From Escherichia phage SUT_E520, in sequence record OQ990040: DNA of 64,000 bases; one strand, given 5' to 3'. The translations under genes and the position numbers were made by a program. The notes below the pieces were generated by a model, which saw only the letters and a list, made by a program, of their open reading frames with translations, was not told where the DNA came from and did no database searches. Positions 34,348 to 45,429 of this stretch are shown piece by piece. The first letter of the stretch is position 1; each line of letters begins with the position of its first letter.

Positions 34348-36784
34348 TTGAAAATCGCAGTAGTTGATAAAGCTCTAAATAACACTCGTTACGATAAACA
34401 TTTCCAGCTATACGGCGAGGAAGTTGATGTATTTCATATGTGTAACGAGAAGTTATCTGGTCGTTTGCTTAAAAAGCACATTACTATTGGAACACCAGAA
34501 AATCCATTTGATCCGAATGATTACGATTTTGTTATACTAGTAGGTGCTGAACCTTTCCTGTATTTCGCAGGTAAGAAAGGCATTGGTGACTATACTGGTA
34601 AACGTGTAGAATATAATGGATATGCTAACTGGATTGCAAGTATCAGCCCAGCCCAGTTACACTTTAAGCCTGAAATGAAACCAGTTTTCGATGCAACAGT
34701 AGAGAATATCCACGATATTATCAATGGTCGTGAAAAGATTGCAAAAGCTGGTGATTACCGTCCTATTACTGACCCTGATGAGGCGGAAGAATATATCAAG
34801 ATGGTGTATAATATGGTTATCGGACCTGTCGCATTCGACTCCGAAACCTCAGCACTATACTGTCGAGATGGTTATCTGCTTGGTGTTTCTATATCTCACC
34901 AAGAGTATCAGGGTGTATATATCGATTCTGATTGTCTCACAGAGGTTGCAGTATATTATCTCCAGAAAATTCTGGATAGTGAAAACCACACTATTGTTTT
35001 TCACAACTTGAAGTTTGATATGCACTTTTATAAGTACCATCTGGGACTTACTTTTGATAAAGCACATAAAGAACGCAGGCTCCATGATACAATGTTGCAG
35101 CATTATGTTCTAGATGAGCGTCGTGGTACTCATGGCTTGAAATCTCTAGCAATGAAGTATACCGATATGGGTGACTATGACTTTGAACTAGATAAGTTCA
35201 AAGATGATTACTGCAAAGCACATAAAATCAAGAAAGAAGATTTCACCTATGATTTAATTCCGTTTGATATTATGTGGCCTTACGCTGCAAAAGATACCGA
35301 TGCCACCATACGCTTGCACAACTTCTTCTTACCAAAAATTGAGAAGAATGAAAAACTTTGCAGTCTGTATTATGATGTTCTAATGCCTGGTTGTGTATTT
35401 CTCCAGCGTGTTGAGGATCGTGGTGTACCAATTTCTATTGATCGCTTGAAAGAAGCTCAGTATCAGTTAACTCATAATCTGAATAAAGCTCGTGAGAAAC
35501 TATATACTTATCCAGAAGTCGTTCAGCTAGAAAAAGATCAGAATGAAGCGTTTAATCCAAACTCTGTTAAGCAGCTACGTGTTCTTCTGTTTGATTATGT
35601 TGGCTTAACTCCAACAGGTAAATTGACGGATACTGGAGCAGACTCTACAGATGCAGAAGCTCTGAACGAACTGNNNNNNNNNNNNNNNNNNNNNNNNNNN
35701 NNNNNNNNNNNNNNNNNNNNNNNNNNNNNNNNNNNNNNNNNNNNNNNNNNNNNNNNNNNNNNNNNNNNNNNNNGGGTATCGTGTAATCGCATGGGACTTA
35801 ACAACTGCGGAAGTTTATTATGCTGCTGTTCTATCTGGGGATAGAAATATGCAACAGGTATTTATCAATATGAGAAATGAACCTGATAAATACCCGGACT
35901 TCCACTCTAACATCGCACACATGGTATTTAAACTCCAATGCGAGCCTCGTGATGTTAAAAAGTTATTCCCAGCTCTGCGTCAGGCTGCTAAGGCAATTAC
36001 CTTCGGTATTTTGTATGGTTCTGGCCCAGCTAAAGTAGCTCATTCTGTTAACGAAGCTCTTCTGGAACAGGCTGCTAAGACAGGAGAACCGTTTGTTGAA
36101 TGTACTGTTGCGGATGCGAAGGACTATATCGAAACTTACTTCGGTCAGTTCCCACAGCTTAAGCGTTGGATTGATAAGTGCCACGATCAGATTAAGAATC
36201 ATGGATTTATCTATAGTCACTTTGGTCGTAAGCGTCGTCTGCACAATATCCACTCCGAAGACCGTGGTGTTCAGGGTGAAGAAATTCGTTCTGGATTTAA
36301 CGCAATCATTCAGTCTGCTTCCTCTGATAGCCTCCTTTTAGGTGCTGTAGATGCAGATAATGAGATCATTTCTCTTGGCCTAGAACAAGAGATGAAGATT
36401 GTTATGCTGGTTCATGACTCCGTGGTTGCTATTGTTCGTGAGGATTTGATCGACCAATACAATGAAATCCTGATTCGTAATATTCAGAAAGACCGTGGTA
36501 TCAGTATTCCTGGCTGTCCGATTGGTATTGATTCAGATTCTGAAGCTGGAGGTTCTCGTGACTATTCTTGTGGTAAGATGAAGAAACAGCACCCATCAAT
36601 CGCTTGTATTGATGATGATGAATATACTCGTTATGTCAAGAGTGTATTACTTGATGCAGAGTTCGAGTATAAGAAACTAGCTGCAATGGATAAAGAGCAT
36701 CCAGATCATAGCAAATACAAGGATGATAAGTTTATTGCTGTATGTAAAGATTTGGATAACGTAAGAAGGATTCTCGGTGCTTGA
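34348..36784 (+). CDS. DNA polymerase, family A, interrupted by the unresolved gap 35674..35773
   Basis: N-terminal part MKIAVVDKAL (TTG start) with 3'-5' exonuclease region, then after the N-run YRVIAWDLTTAEVYYAAVLSGD (motif A-like); frame shifts across the gap. Confidence 0.8.
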
Positions 36785-37274
36785 TTTCAAATTGCCCGTC
36801 TATACGTTACGGGCGTTTGTATCAATTGAGCAAGAAGGTGATTATTCCGTAATTACAACAAGATATAATAAATATGTGCTAGATAACAGGAAGTTGCCTG
36901 GCACGTTTTCTCAACGTAGGCTCATTCTATTTGAGAAACGGAAAGAATTACCGTACAAGCTCTATCCTATTAGAGGTAGAATATCAATGTTGTCCCAATT
37001 AGTTGGGTCAAAGCGTAGCCAATTTATAGATTCTGATGGAAATCTTATTAATTGGAAGAAAACTACGTTCTATGATGTTGTTACCTCTAAAGTTTTGAAT
37101 TCAGCTAGAATTTATAACGGAAAATACCAATGCTATGTAGCTAAAGTTCCATACCCATTTGTATTATCCTATGTTCCAGCTTATATAAGCTATATTCTGG
37201 TAAATAATAGCCCTGTTATTTATCAAGTCCATCAAGAGGAGCCTGAAATTCCTAGACTTAGAATAAAATTATGA
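36777..37274 (+). CDS. hypothetical protein
   Basis: 165-aa ORF with GTG start overlapping the polymerase stop. Confidence 0.45.
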   Translation: MLDFKLPVYTLRAFVSIEQEGDYSVITTRYNKYVLDNRKLPGTFSQRRLILFEKRKELPYKLYPIRGRISMLSQLVGSKRSQFIDSDGNLINWKKTTFYDVVTSKVLNSARIYNGKYQCYVAKVPYPFVLSYVPAYISYILVNNSPVIYQVHQEEPEIPRLRIKL

Positions 37275-38623
37275 AGGTTGTTATATCTAATAAAGCCTAT
37301 TTCAAGCCCGATGATGAACTTTGGGATTATTGTAGTAAGCAAACCACTTATCACATAGAGACAATGACTAGTAAATACCCTATTATGTATAAGAATAGTG
37401 GTGTTGTTGCTAAAGAGATTAAGTGGATTCCTATCACGCGTCTGGATTTATTAGATGCTAAAGGAGTAAAATACGAATTAGTAGATAAACGTACATTAGC
37501 TCCGGTAGATATACCAAAACCTAAGTTCAAGCTGCGTGAAGAAGACCAGCTCCCAATATATGAAGAGTGCGATGATACCTGTATTATTAATGGTAAGCCT
37601 GGGTTTGGTAAAACTATCCTAGCCCTTGCACTTGCGTATAAATTTGGCCAGAAAACTTTGGTAATCTGTACGAATACATCCATTCGTGAAATGTGGGCAG
37701 CAGAAGTTCGTAAATGGTTTGGGTTTGAACCGGGCATTATAGGTTCTGGGAAATACAATATTGATCCACCAATTGTAGTCAGTAATATTCAAACAGTGAA
37801 TAAACATGCGAATAATCTTTCTAAAGTATTCGGTACTGTTATAGTTGATGAAGTTCACCATTGTGTGGCTACAACTTTCACCAACTTCCTAGAAATATCA
37901 TGTGCTCGCTATAAGATTGGACTATCTGGAACATTAAAACGGAAAGATGGTCTACAAGTTATGTTCAAAGATTTCTTTGGATATAAGATCTTTAGCCCAC
38001 CGGTTAATAATACTGTTGCACCTACAATCCATAGGTACTCCGTGCCTGTTGAGTTATCAGGAAACCAAAACGTACCATGGGCATTACGTGCTAATGATGT
38101 GTATAACCATCCTGAATATCGAGAGACTATTATAAACTTAGCACACTTATACGTGAATATGGGGCATAAAGTACTCATTGTAAGTGACAGAACAGAGTTA
38201 ATCCAAACAGTACTAGAAGCTCTCGCACAGCGTGGTGTTACAACATATGAAATTATAGGGGCAACCCACTTGGATGACCGATTAAAAATTCAGGAAAATA
38301 TAGCAAAAGGTGGGCCTTGTGTACTTGCAGCAGCTCAAAGTATCTTCTCTGAAGGTATTTCCCTTAATGAGCTATCTTGTTTAATAATGGGGAGTCTCAT
38401 TAATAATGAATCTCTCATTGAACAGCTTGCAGGACGTGTTCAACGTATTGTCGATGGTAAACTCGACCCTATTGTTGTAGATCTAATTATGAAAGGTGGC
38501 ACTGGACTAAGACAGGCTTCTGGACGTATGGCAGTATATCGTAACAACGGGTGGAAAACTATTACCATGACTCCTGAGAAAGCAGTTCAATTAGCTAAAA
38601 TTGCATTTGGCAACAGCTCATAA
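37271..38623 (+). CDS. SF2 DNA helicase (DExH box)
   Basis: Walker A GKPGFGKT and DEVHH box; C-terminal helicase domain. Confidence 0.7.
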   Translation: MKVVISNKAYFKPDDELWDYCSKQTTYHIETMTSKYPIMYKNSGVVAKEIKWIPITRLDLLDAKGVKYELVDKRTLAPVDIPKPKFKLREEDQLPIYEECDDTCIINGKPGFGKTILALALAYKFGQKTLVICTNTSIREMWAAEVRKWFGFEPGIIGSGKYNIDPPIVVSNIQTVNKHANNLSKVFGTVIVDEVHHCVATTFTNFLEISCARYKIGLSGTLKRKDGLQVMFKDFFGYKIFSPPVNNTVAPTIHRYSVPVELSGNQNVPWALRANDVYNHPEYRETIINLAHLYVNMGHKVLIVSDRTELIQTVLEALAQRGVTTYEIIGATHLDDRLKIQENIAKGGPCVLAAAQSIFSEGISLNELSCLIMGSLINNESLIEQLAGRVQRIVDGKLDPIVVDLIMKGGTGLRQASGRMAVYRNNGWKTITMTPEKAVQLAKIAFGNSS

Positions 38624-38705
38624 ATGATGTATAATATATACATAAATTTGAGAGAGAAAGTTTCGGATTGATAAGAAAGTCCGAAGCAGAAAAATAAAAA
38701 TTTTA

Positions 38706-38735
38706 GTTGCTAAATTCTCTCGAAATCTAGTATAA
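38706..38735 (+). promoter_or_regulatory. sigma70-type promoter (TTGCTA-18-TATAAT) with ATAAATTCGAGGAG leader
   Basis: Hexamers at 18-nt spacing; an upstream TTGGCA-17-TATAAT candidate lies at 38607..38635. Confidence 0.6.
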
Positions 38736-38843
38736 TATATACATAAATTCGAGGAGAAAACAAAAATTAAATTCTTCGATTATGAAAAGCTATACTTACT
38801 AGCTAGAGGAAATTCCGACCTAATTATCAAGCTATTCAAAAGA

Positions 38844-39128
38844 ATGCTTACAGAGCCTGATGCTCATCAATTATTGGTCGGTTCCTCATTCATTTTGAAT
38901 GAATCAACAATAGTTGATAATCCAAATAAATTGTCTAATAGACAACTGGCAGAATATCTAGGAATTTTAAGTCTACGAAATTATGCCGAATACAAGTTTA
39001 CAAACGATCCTAGTTTGGACATACAATATGTTCCAGTATGGATACCACGTTTAGTAATCGACACTAACCCACTAATCGCAATTAACAAATCGAAATTAAT
39101 CTTTAAAGAGGAAATAAAATATGGCTAA
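38844..39128 (+). CDS. hypothetical protein, start uncertain
   Basis: Frame is open from 38730 with an in-frame ATT at 38766; first ATG at 38844 has no RBS; stop overlaps the next ATG. Confidence 0.35.
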   Translation: MLTEPDAHQLLVGSSFILNESTIVDNPNKLSNRQLAEYLGILSLRNYAEYKFTNDPSLDIQYVPVWIPRLVIDTNPLIAINKSKLIFKEEIKYG

Positions 39129-39887
39129 GTCTTGGGGCGAAACTACTGGCGGTTCTAACGATAAAATCGAATTCCTGAAGTTCAACAACGGTATCACTCG
39201 TGTTCGTATCGTTTCTGGTGTTCTTCCACGTTATGTCTATTGGCTGACTAATAAAGAGGGTAACGTAGCTCCTTTCGAATGTCTCCGTTTTAACCGTGAC
39301 AAAGAGAGCTTTGTTCGTGGTAAAGCTGATCCGGTTCATGAGATGGGCTTCTTCGAGAAAGAGCTGGATAAAGATGGTAATCGTGTTCCGCTGAAACCGA
39401 AGAAAAACTATATCGCTTTTGTTATCGACCGTTCTGATAACAAACTGAAAGTAATGGAAGTCAAGGCTACTATTCTGAAAGGCATCCAGTCTATCATGAA
39501 GCAGCTGAGCCTGGCAACTCCGTTTGATATTGATATTTCTATCGAGAAAAAAGGTAAAGGTTTCGATACTGAGTATGATGTACAGCAGATTGCTGCTATG
39601 CAGTTCCAGATTAAGCTGCAAGATCCTAACAGTGCAGAATCTAAGCAATATGCTGCAGATGTAGATCTGATCGGTGAAGCTATGTGTGATGAAGATGGCG
39701 ACATCATTAAGTTCGAAAAAGTTCCTTCTCTGGAACAAACCTATCCGGTTCCTACCTATGAAGAGCAGAAAGAAGCAATTCTAGCCTTCATGGAAGGTCG
39801 TGAGAATAAAGATGATGATGCCAAATCTGGTAATAGCAATGCAGGCTCCCAGAAAGGTATTGACACAGAAGCTGCAAGCGATCTGGA
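39121..39887 (+). CDS. putative ssDNA-binding protein (OB fold, acidic C-terminal region); 3' end lost in gap
   Basis: Strong RBS AAAGAGGAAAT; MAKSWGE...KIEFLKFNNGITRVRIVSG; Asp/Glu-rich region before the N-run; E. coli-optimal codons. Confidence 0.4.
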
Positions 39888-39987
39888 NNNNNNNNNNNNN
39901 NNNNNNNNNNNNNNNNNNNNNNNNNNNNNNNNNNNNNNNNNNNNNNNNNNNNNNNNNNNNNNNNNNNNNNNNNNNNNNNNNNNNNNN

Positions 39988-40905
39988 GAATGGCAGAAGC
40001 GTCGCTTCCTGATGCTAGGAGAACGGTTAAATGATATATTCCATAATCATAACTGTGATCTTCATATTGCTGGTGGTGATATACTTGATGTTGCCGACCC
40101 GTCGTCAGAAGAAATAGAACTGCTTGAACAGTTCATGTCAAGACTTGACCATCCAGGCAAAATCTTTACTGGAAATCATGAAATGTTAACGAAAACCATT
40201 TCATGTCTATATCATTATGCAGGAGTTATTAATAAAGTAACGAGTGGTAAGTGGGAAGTAATTACCAAACCATATCGTTCCCCTGAATTTGATATTGTTC
40301 CATATGACGAAATCCATAAATCTAAGTGGAAACCATCTGAATCAAAACTATGTTTCACGCATGTTCGTGGTGAAATCCCTCCACATGTAAAACCAGAAAT
40401 TGATCTAACTAAGTACAACTGTTATGATACTGTAATTGCTGGCGATTTACATTCTTATACTAATAGCCAGACTATCGGATCTACTAGACTCCTCTACCCA
40501 GGGTCTCCATTAACTACATCGTTCCATAGAGAACGCACAAAAGGTACAAATGGTTGCTTTATCGTTGATACCGACACATTAAAAGTAGAATGGATTGAAC
40601 TCGGTGATTTACCACAACTGATTCGTAAAACAATCGGAGCTGGTGAAGAGATGGAACCTAGTGATTATGATCGTGTAGTCTATGAAGTTACTGGTGACGT
40701 TGTTCAATTAAAGTCTATCAAAGACTCTGATTTATTAGATAAGAAGATTAACCATCGAGTTACTAAAGACGCTAAGTTAAATCTTGTTGATCTTGATATG
40801 TTAGGCGAACTTGAACTTTACTTCCGTGAAGTTGAGAAGCTATCTCAAGGCGACATTGATAGAATCTTGGCTAGAGCTGCGAAATATGTCAAAGATTACA
40901 ATTAA
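39988..40905 (+). CDS. SbcD/Mre11-like nuclease (calcineurin-type phosphoesterase); 5' end lost in gap
   Basis: Motifs GGDILD, GNHEM, GDLH; the ORF track fuses it to the upstream gene through the N-run. Confidence 0.65.
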   Translation, partial: EWQKRRFLMLGERLNDIFHNHNCDLHIAGGDILDVADPSSEEIELLEQFMSRLDHPGKIFTGNHEMLTKTISCLYHYAGVINKVTSGKWEVITKPYRSPEFDIVPYDEIHKSKWKPSESKLCFTHVRGEIPPHVKPEIDLTKYNCYDTVIAGDLHSYTNSQTIGSTRLLYPGSPLTTSFHRERTKGTNGCFIVDTDTLKVEWIELGDLPQLIRKTIGAGEEMEPSDYDRVVYEVTGDVVQLKSIKDSDLLDKKINHRVTKDAKLNLVDLDMLGELELYFREVEKLSQGDIDRILARAAKYVKDYN

Positions 40906-43255
40906 GACACTAAAATTTAGTAACGTTATGTCTTACGGTAAGGACATCGTAATTCATCTCGATAAGAATCCCGTTACTCAACTAATCGGGGGCAATGGGC
41001 TAGGGAAATCTACAATTGCTACTGTTATTGAAGAACTATTCTATAATAAGAACTCACGCGGTATTAAGAANNNNNNNNNNNNNNNNNNNNNNNNNNNNNN
41101 NNNNNNNNNNNNNNNNNNNNNNNNNNNNNNNNNNNNNNNNNNNNNNNNNNNNNNNNNNNNNNNNNNNNNNAATGGGCTAGGGAAATCTACAATTGCTACT
41201 GTTATTGAAGAACTATTCTATAATAAGAACTCACGCGGTATTAAGAAAGATGCTCTGTTCTCTTGGTCTTCTCCGAAAAAAGAATACGATATGCACGCTT
41301 ATTTCTCGAAAGATGAGGATGAGTATGAACTGCATAAAGTAGTTAAGTCAACTGCTAAAGTAACTCTTATTAAGAATGGGGAAGATATTAGTGGACACAC
41401 GGCAACCCAAACATACAAGATGATTGAAGAAATTATGGGTGGTGACTTCCAAACATTCACCAAACTGATTTATCAATCGGTGGGCTCCAATCTAGACTTT
41501 CTAAAAGCAACGGATGCAACACGTAAGGCTTTTCTTGTTAACTTGTTCAATCAAGAACAGTATAAAGAAATGTCAGAAACTATTAAGGCTGACCGTAAAG
41601 AAATAGCAAATACCTTAAACAATTTGCAAGGCCAAATGGCTGTAATTACGAAAATCCTTAATGGAAAGAATAATCTAGGAACTCTACAGGAACCTGTAGA
41701 AGTACCGGAGTTTGATGAAGAACCATTAGCACAAGAACTTACTGAATCGAAAATTAAGGCGGCATTAGCCAAGTCTCAAGAGGCTAATATTACTAAATTG
41801 CGTAATTTGGACAAAGCTGTACAAGTTGCCGAACAATCTTTCGAACCTTTCAAAAATTTACCCGCGCCCACCGACCAAAACGAAGAGATCTCAAGTGTTA
41901 CGCGTGACCTAACGATTGTGACCTCACGTGCTGGTGAAGTTAAGAAACGTTATCAGAAGTTCAAGCAAGAGGCTTCAAATACTGAATGTCCTACTTGTGG
42001 TACTCATCTGGANNNNNNNNNNNNNNNNNNNNNNNNNNNNNNNNNNNNNNNNNNNNNNNNNNNNNNNNNNNNNNNNNNNNNNNNNNNNNNNNNNNNNNNN
42101 NNNNNNNNNNNNGAAGTTAAGAAACGTTATCAGAAGTTCAAGCAAGAGGCTTCAAATACTGAATGTCCTACTTGTGGTACTCATCTGGATACAACTGCCG
42201 CTCAAAAAGCAATGGATATGGCTAGAACAGAATATGATCCTCTGTTCAAAGAGAAGCAATCTCTTGAAGCTAAGCTAGAACAGTTGAGGAAAGAACAACT
42301 TGAGTACGTTGCGTATATTAGAGCAAAGGATGCCTTGGATAAAGCAGTGGTAGCTAGGGACGAGTTCAAAAATTCAATGAGTGATGCTTCTTTTGAAGAA
42401 CTCAATGTGCAAATCCTACAGGTGCAAATCCGACAATTAGAACAGGAAATCGCTGATGGNNNNNNNNNNNNNNNNNNNNNNNNNNNNNNNNNNNNNNNNN
42501 NNNNNNNNNNNNNNNNNNNNNNNNNNNNNNNNNNNNNNNNNNNNNNNNNNNNNNNNNNNGATGCTTCTTTTGAAGAACTCAATGTGCAAATCCTACAGGT
42601 GCAAATCCGACAATTAGAACAGGAAATCGCTGATGGACGTTCTAAGGTTGCAATTGCCAAAGAGCATAATGCAAATGTCGAATTAGCCAATGCAAAATAT
42701 AAAGCGAAACTAGAACAGATTGAGAAAGCTGAAGCAGAAATGTCCGAGATTACTTCCAAATTAAATGAAGTATCAGAAGCTGTTGCTGATCTCGATATTC
42801 TGATTGCTGCATTGAAGAATTTAGTAGGATATAAACTAGAGCATAGTGTGAAAGTATTTGAAGAACTAATTAATAAATACCTTTCTATTATGACTGGCGG
42901 TAAATTCGCACTTGGATTTGAACTTGATGAAACAAAATTACAAGTAGTAATCTTCAATGATGGAAATCGTACCAGTATGGAGAACTGCTCTACTGGTCAA
43001 CAGAGTCGAATTAACCTAGCAACCCTGTTAGCTATTCGGATGCTGTTAACATCTATTAGTAAAGTTAATATTAATCTTCTATTCCTTGATGAAGTAATTA
43101 GCTTTATTGATACGAAAGGACTTGACACTCTTGTTGAATTATTAAACGAGGAAGAAAGTCTAAATTCTATCATTGTTTCTCATGGGCATACGCATCCACT
43201 AGCTCATAAGATTACTGTCAAAAAAGATGCAGAAGGATTTTCCTACTTAGAATAA
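40886..43255 (+). CDS. SbcC/Rad50-like ATPase; contains three duplication/N-run artefacts
   Basis: Start MSKITIKTLKF overlaps the SbcD stop; Walker A GGNGLGKST, long coiled coil, C-terminal LLFLDEVISFIDTKG; real length about 612 aa after removing three 177-nt insertions. Confidence 0.7.
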   Translation: MSKITIKTLKFSNVMSYGKDIVIHLDKNPVTQLIGGNGLGKSTIATVIEELFYNKNSRGIKXXXXXXXXXXXXXXXXXXXXXXXXXXXXXXXXXXNGLGKSTIATVIEELFYNKNSRGIKKDALFSWSSPKKEYDMHAYFSKDEDEYELHKVVKSTAKVTLIKNGEDISGHTATQTYKMIEEIMGGDFQTFTKLIYQSVGSNLDFLKATDATRKAFLVNLFNQEQYKEMSETIKADRKEIANTLNNLQGQMAVITKILNGKNNLGTLQEPVEVPEFDEEPLAQELTESKIKAALAKSQEANITKLRNLDKAVQVAEQSFEPFKNLPAPTDQNEEISSVTRDLTIVTSRAGEVKKRYQKFKQEASNTECPTCGTHLXXXXXXXXXXXXXXXXXXXXXXXXXXXXXXXXXXEVKKRYQKFKQEASNTECPTCGTHLDTTAAQKAMDMARTEYDPLFKEKQSLEAKLEQLRKEQLEYVAYIRAKDALDKAVVARDEFKNSMSDASFEELNVQILQVQIRQLEQEIADXXXXXXXXXXXXXXXXXXXXXXXXXXXXXXXXXXDASFEELNVQILQVQIRQLEQEIADGRSKVAIAKEHNANVELANAKYKAKLEQIEKAEAEMSEITSKLNEVSEAVADLDILIAALKNLVGYKLEHSVKVFEELINKYLSIMTGGKFALGFELDETKLQVVIFNDGNRTSMENCSTGQQSRINLATLLAIRMLLTSISKVNINLLFLDEVISFIDTKGLDTLVELLNEEESLNSIIVSHGHTHPLAHKITVKKDAEGFSYLE

Positions 43256-43258
43256 AAC

Positions 43259-43918
43259 ATGGCTGTAGATAGTAGAGAGAAAGGTAAACGTGGTGAATAT
43301 CAGGTAAGAGATATTCTACGTGAGCGTACAGGTCTTGAGTGGGAACGTGTTCCTGGCTCTGGTGCTTTTGGCCAGAGCCACGGACTGAAAGGTGACATCT
43401 ANNNNNNNNNNNNNNNNNNNNNNNNNNNNNNNNNNNNNNNNNNNNNNNNNNNNNNNNNNNNNNNNNNNNNNNNNNNNNNNNNNNNNNNNNNNNNNNNNNN
43501 NCGTACAGGTCTTGAGTGGGAACGTGTTCCTGGCTCTGGTGCTTTTGGCCAGAGCCACGGACTGAAAGGTGACATCTACCTTCCACCACAAAGCGGACAC
43601 ATTAGTAAATACTGCTTCGAAGTTAAGTGGTATAAAGATGATAATATATCAAGTAATTTATTTAATGTTGGTGAATCCACTCTAGAGAAGTGGTGGCAGC
43701 AGTGCTCACGTGAAGGTGAGCAGATGAACTCCAAACCTGCATTAATATTCAAAAAAGACAGAGGACAGTGGTTAATAGCTTTGGATAGCTCAGACCCAAT
43801 GGTTGACAACTTAATGAGTCGTACCCATATGGTGTTAAATAAGAAAGACATGGAAATCGTAATTGGTTTATTTGAACCGTGGCTACATCATGCATCTGTT
43901 GAGGACTTAATTAAATAA
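43259..43918 (+). CDS. hypothetical protein (possible nuclease fold); contains one duplication/N-run artefact
   Basis: Real length about 160 aa; GKRGEYQVRDIL...GDIY...EVKW pattern is only suggestive. Confidence 0.45.
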   Translation: MAVDSREKGKRGEYQVRDILRERTGLEWERVPGSGAFGQSHGLKGDIXXXXXXXXXXXXXXXXXXXXXXXXXXXXXXXXXXRTGLEWERVPGSGAFGQSHGLKGDIYLPPQSGHISKYCFEVKWYKDDNISSNLFNVGESTLEKWWQQCSREGEQMNSKPALIFKKDRGQWLIALDSSDPMVDNLMSRTHMVLNKKDMEIVIGLFEPWLHHASVEDLIK

Positions 43919-44970
43919 TGAGTAAATCCTGGGGAAAATTTATTGAAGAAGAGGAAGCTGAAATGGCTTCCCGTCGTAACCTAATGATTGTCGATGGAAC
44001 TAACTTAGGCTTTCGCTTCAAACATAACAACAGTAAAAAACCATTTGCCTCAAGTTATGTTTCCACTATTCAGTCTCTAGCAAAATCTTATTCTGCTAGA
44101 ACTACAATAGTTTTAGGAGATAAGGGGAAGTCTGCATTCCGCTTAGAGCATTTACCTGAGTATAAGGGTAATCGAGATGAGAAATACTCTCAGCGTACGG
44201 AAGAGGAGAAAGCGTTAGATGAGCAGTTCTTCGAGTATTTGAAAGATGCTTTCGAGTTATGTGAAACTACATTCCCAACTTTCACTATTCGGGGTGTAGA
44301 AGCAGATGATATGGCNNNNNNNNNNNNNNNNNNNNNNNNNNNNNNNNNNNNNNNNNNNNNNNNNNNNNNNNNNNNNNNNNNNNNNNNNNNNNNNNNNNNN
44401 NNNNNNNNNNNNNNNTTGAAAGATGCTTTCGAGTTATGTGAAACTACATTCCCAACTTTCACTATTCGGGGTGTAGAAGCAGATGATATGGCAGCTTATA
44501 TTGTTAAACTGATCGGGCATCTATATGATCACGTTTGGCTGATTTCTACTGATGGTGACTGGGATACTTTATTAACTGATAAAGTATCTCGCTTCTCTTT
44601 CACAACACGTCGTGAATACCATCTTCGTGATATGTATGAGCATCATAATGTTGACGATGTAGAGCAGTTTATCTCCCTGAAAGCAATTATGGGTGATTTA
44701 GGGGATAATATCCGAGGTGTTGAAGGTATTGGGGCAAAGCGCGGGTATAATATTATTCGTGAATTTGGTAACGTTCTGGATATTATTGATCAGCTTCCAC
44801 TGCCTGGAAAACAGAAATATATACAGAATTTAAATGCTTCGGAAGAATTGCTTTATCGAAACCTAATTCTGGTTGATTTACCTACCTACTGTGTGGATGC
44901 TATTGCTGCTGTAGGTCAAGATGTATTAGATAAATTTACAAAAGATATTTTGGAGATTGCAGAACAATGA
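43918..44970 (+). CDS. flap endonuclease / 5'-3' exonuclease; contains one duplication/N-run artefact
   Basis: MSKSWGKFIEEEEAEMASRRNLMIVDGTNLGFRF N-terminus and H3TH region GDLGDNIRGVEGIGAKRG; about 291 aa after removing the 177-nt artefact. Confidence 0.85.
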   Translation: MSKSWGKFIEEEEAEMASRRNLMIVDGTNLGFRFKHNNSKKPFASSYVSTIQSLAKSYSARTTIVLGDKGKSAFRLEHLPEYKGNRDEKYSQRTEEEKALDEQFFEYLKDAFELCETTFPTFTIRGVEADDMXXXXXXXXXXXXXXXXXXXXXXXXXXXXXXXXXXLKDAFELCETTFPTFTIRGVEADDMAAYIVKLIGHLYDHVWLISTDGDWDTLLTDKVSRFSFTTRREYHLRDMYEHHNVDDVEQFISLKAIMGDLGDNIRGVEGIGAKRGYNIIREFGNVLDIIDQLPLPGKQKYIQNLNASEELLYRNLILVDLPTYCVDAIAAVGQDVLDKFTKDILEIAEQ

Positions 44971-45413
44971 TTAAAATTAAATTAACTCATCCAGATTGTA
45001 TGCCTAAGATTGGTTCCGAAGATGCCGCAGGTATGGATCTGCGAGCATTCTTTGGTACTAATCCTGCCGCAGACTTACGCGCTATTGCACCAGGCAAATC
45101 TCTTATGATTGACACCGGTGTCGCGGTAGAAATTCCGCGAGGTTGGTTCGGTTTGGTAGTTCCTCGTAGTTCTTTAGGTAAACGCCATTTGATGATTGCA
45201 AATACCGCAGGAGTGATTGACTCAGACTATCGTGGAACTATTAAGATGAATCTGTTTAACTACGGTTCTGAAATTCAAACTCTGGAGAATTTTGAAAGAC
45301 TTTGTCAGCTAGTAGTAGTACCACACTACTCAACTCATAATTTTGAAATCGTTGACGAACTAGGGGAGACTGATCGTGGGGAAGGTGGATTTGGAAGTTC
45401 AGGAAGCAAATAA
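44967..45413 (+). CDS. dut: dUTPase
   Basis: Motifs AAGMDL, PRSS, GVIDSDYRG; 148 aa. Confidence 0.85.
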   Translation: MIKIKLTHPDCMPKIGSEDAAGMDLRAFFGTNPAADLRAIAPGKSLMIDTGVAVEIPRGWFGLVVPRSSLGKRHLMIANTAGVIDSDYRGTIKMNLFNYGSEIQTLENFERLCQLVVVPHYSTHNFEIVDELGETDRGEGGFGSSGSK

Positions 45414-45429
45414 TTTTACTGATCCTAAT

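Noticed and set aside
39103-39738. 211-aa minus-strand ORF
   Set aside because: Antisense to the strongly signalled plus-strand SSB-like gene; Leu/Phe/Ser-rich chance frame.
42202-42957. 251-aa minus-strand ORF containing X runs
   Set aside because: Antisense to the SbcC-like gene and spanning an artefactual N-run.
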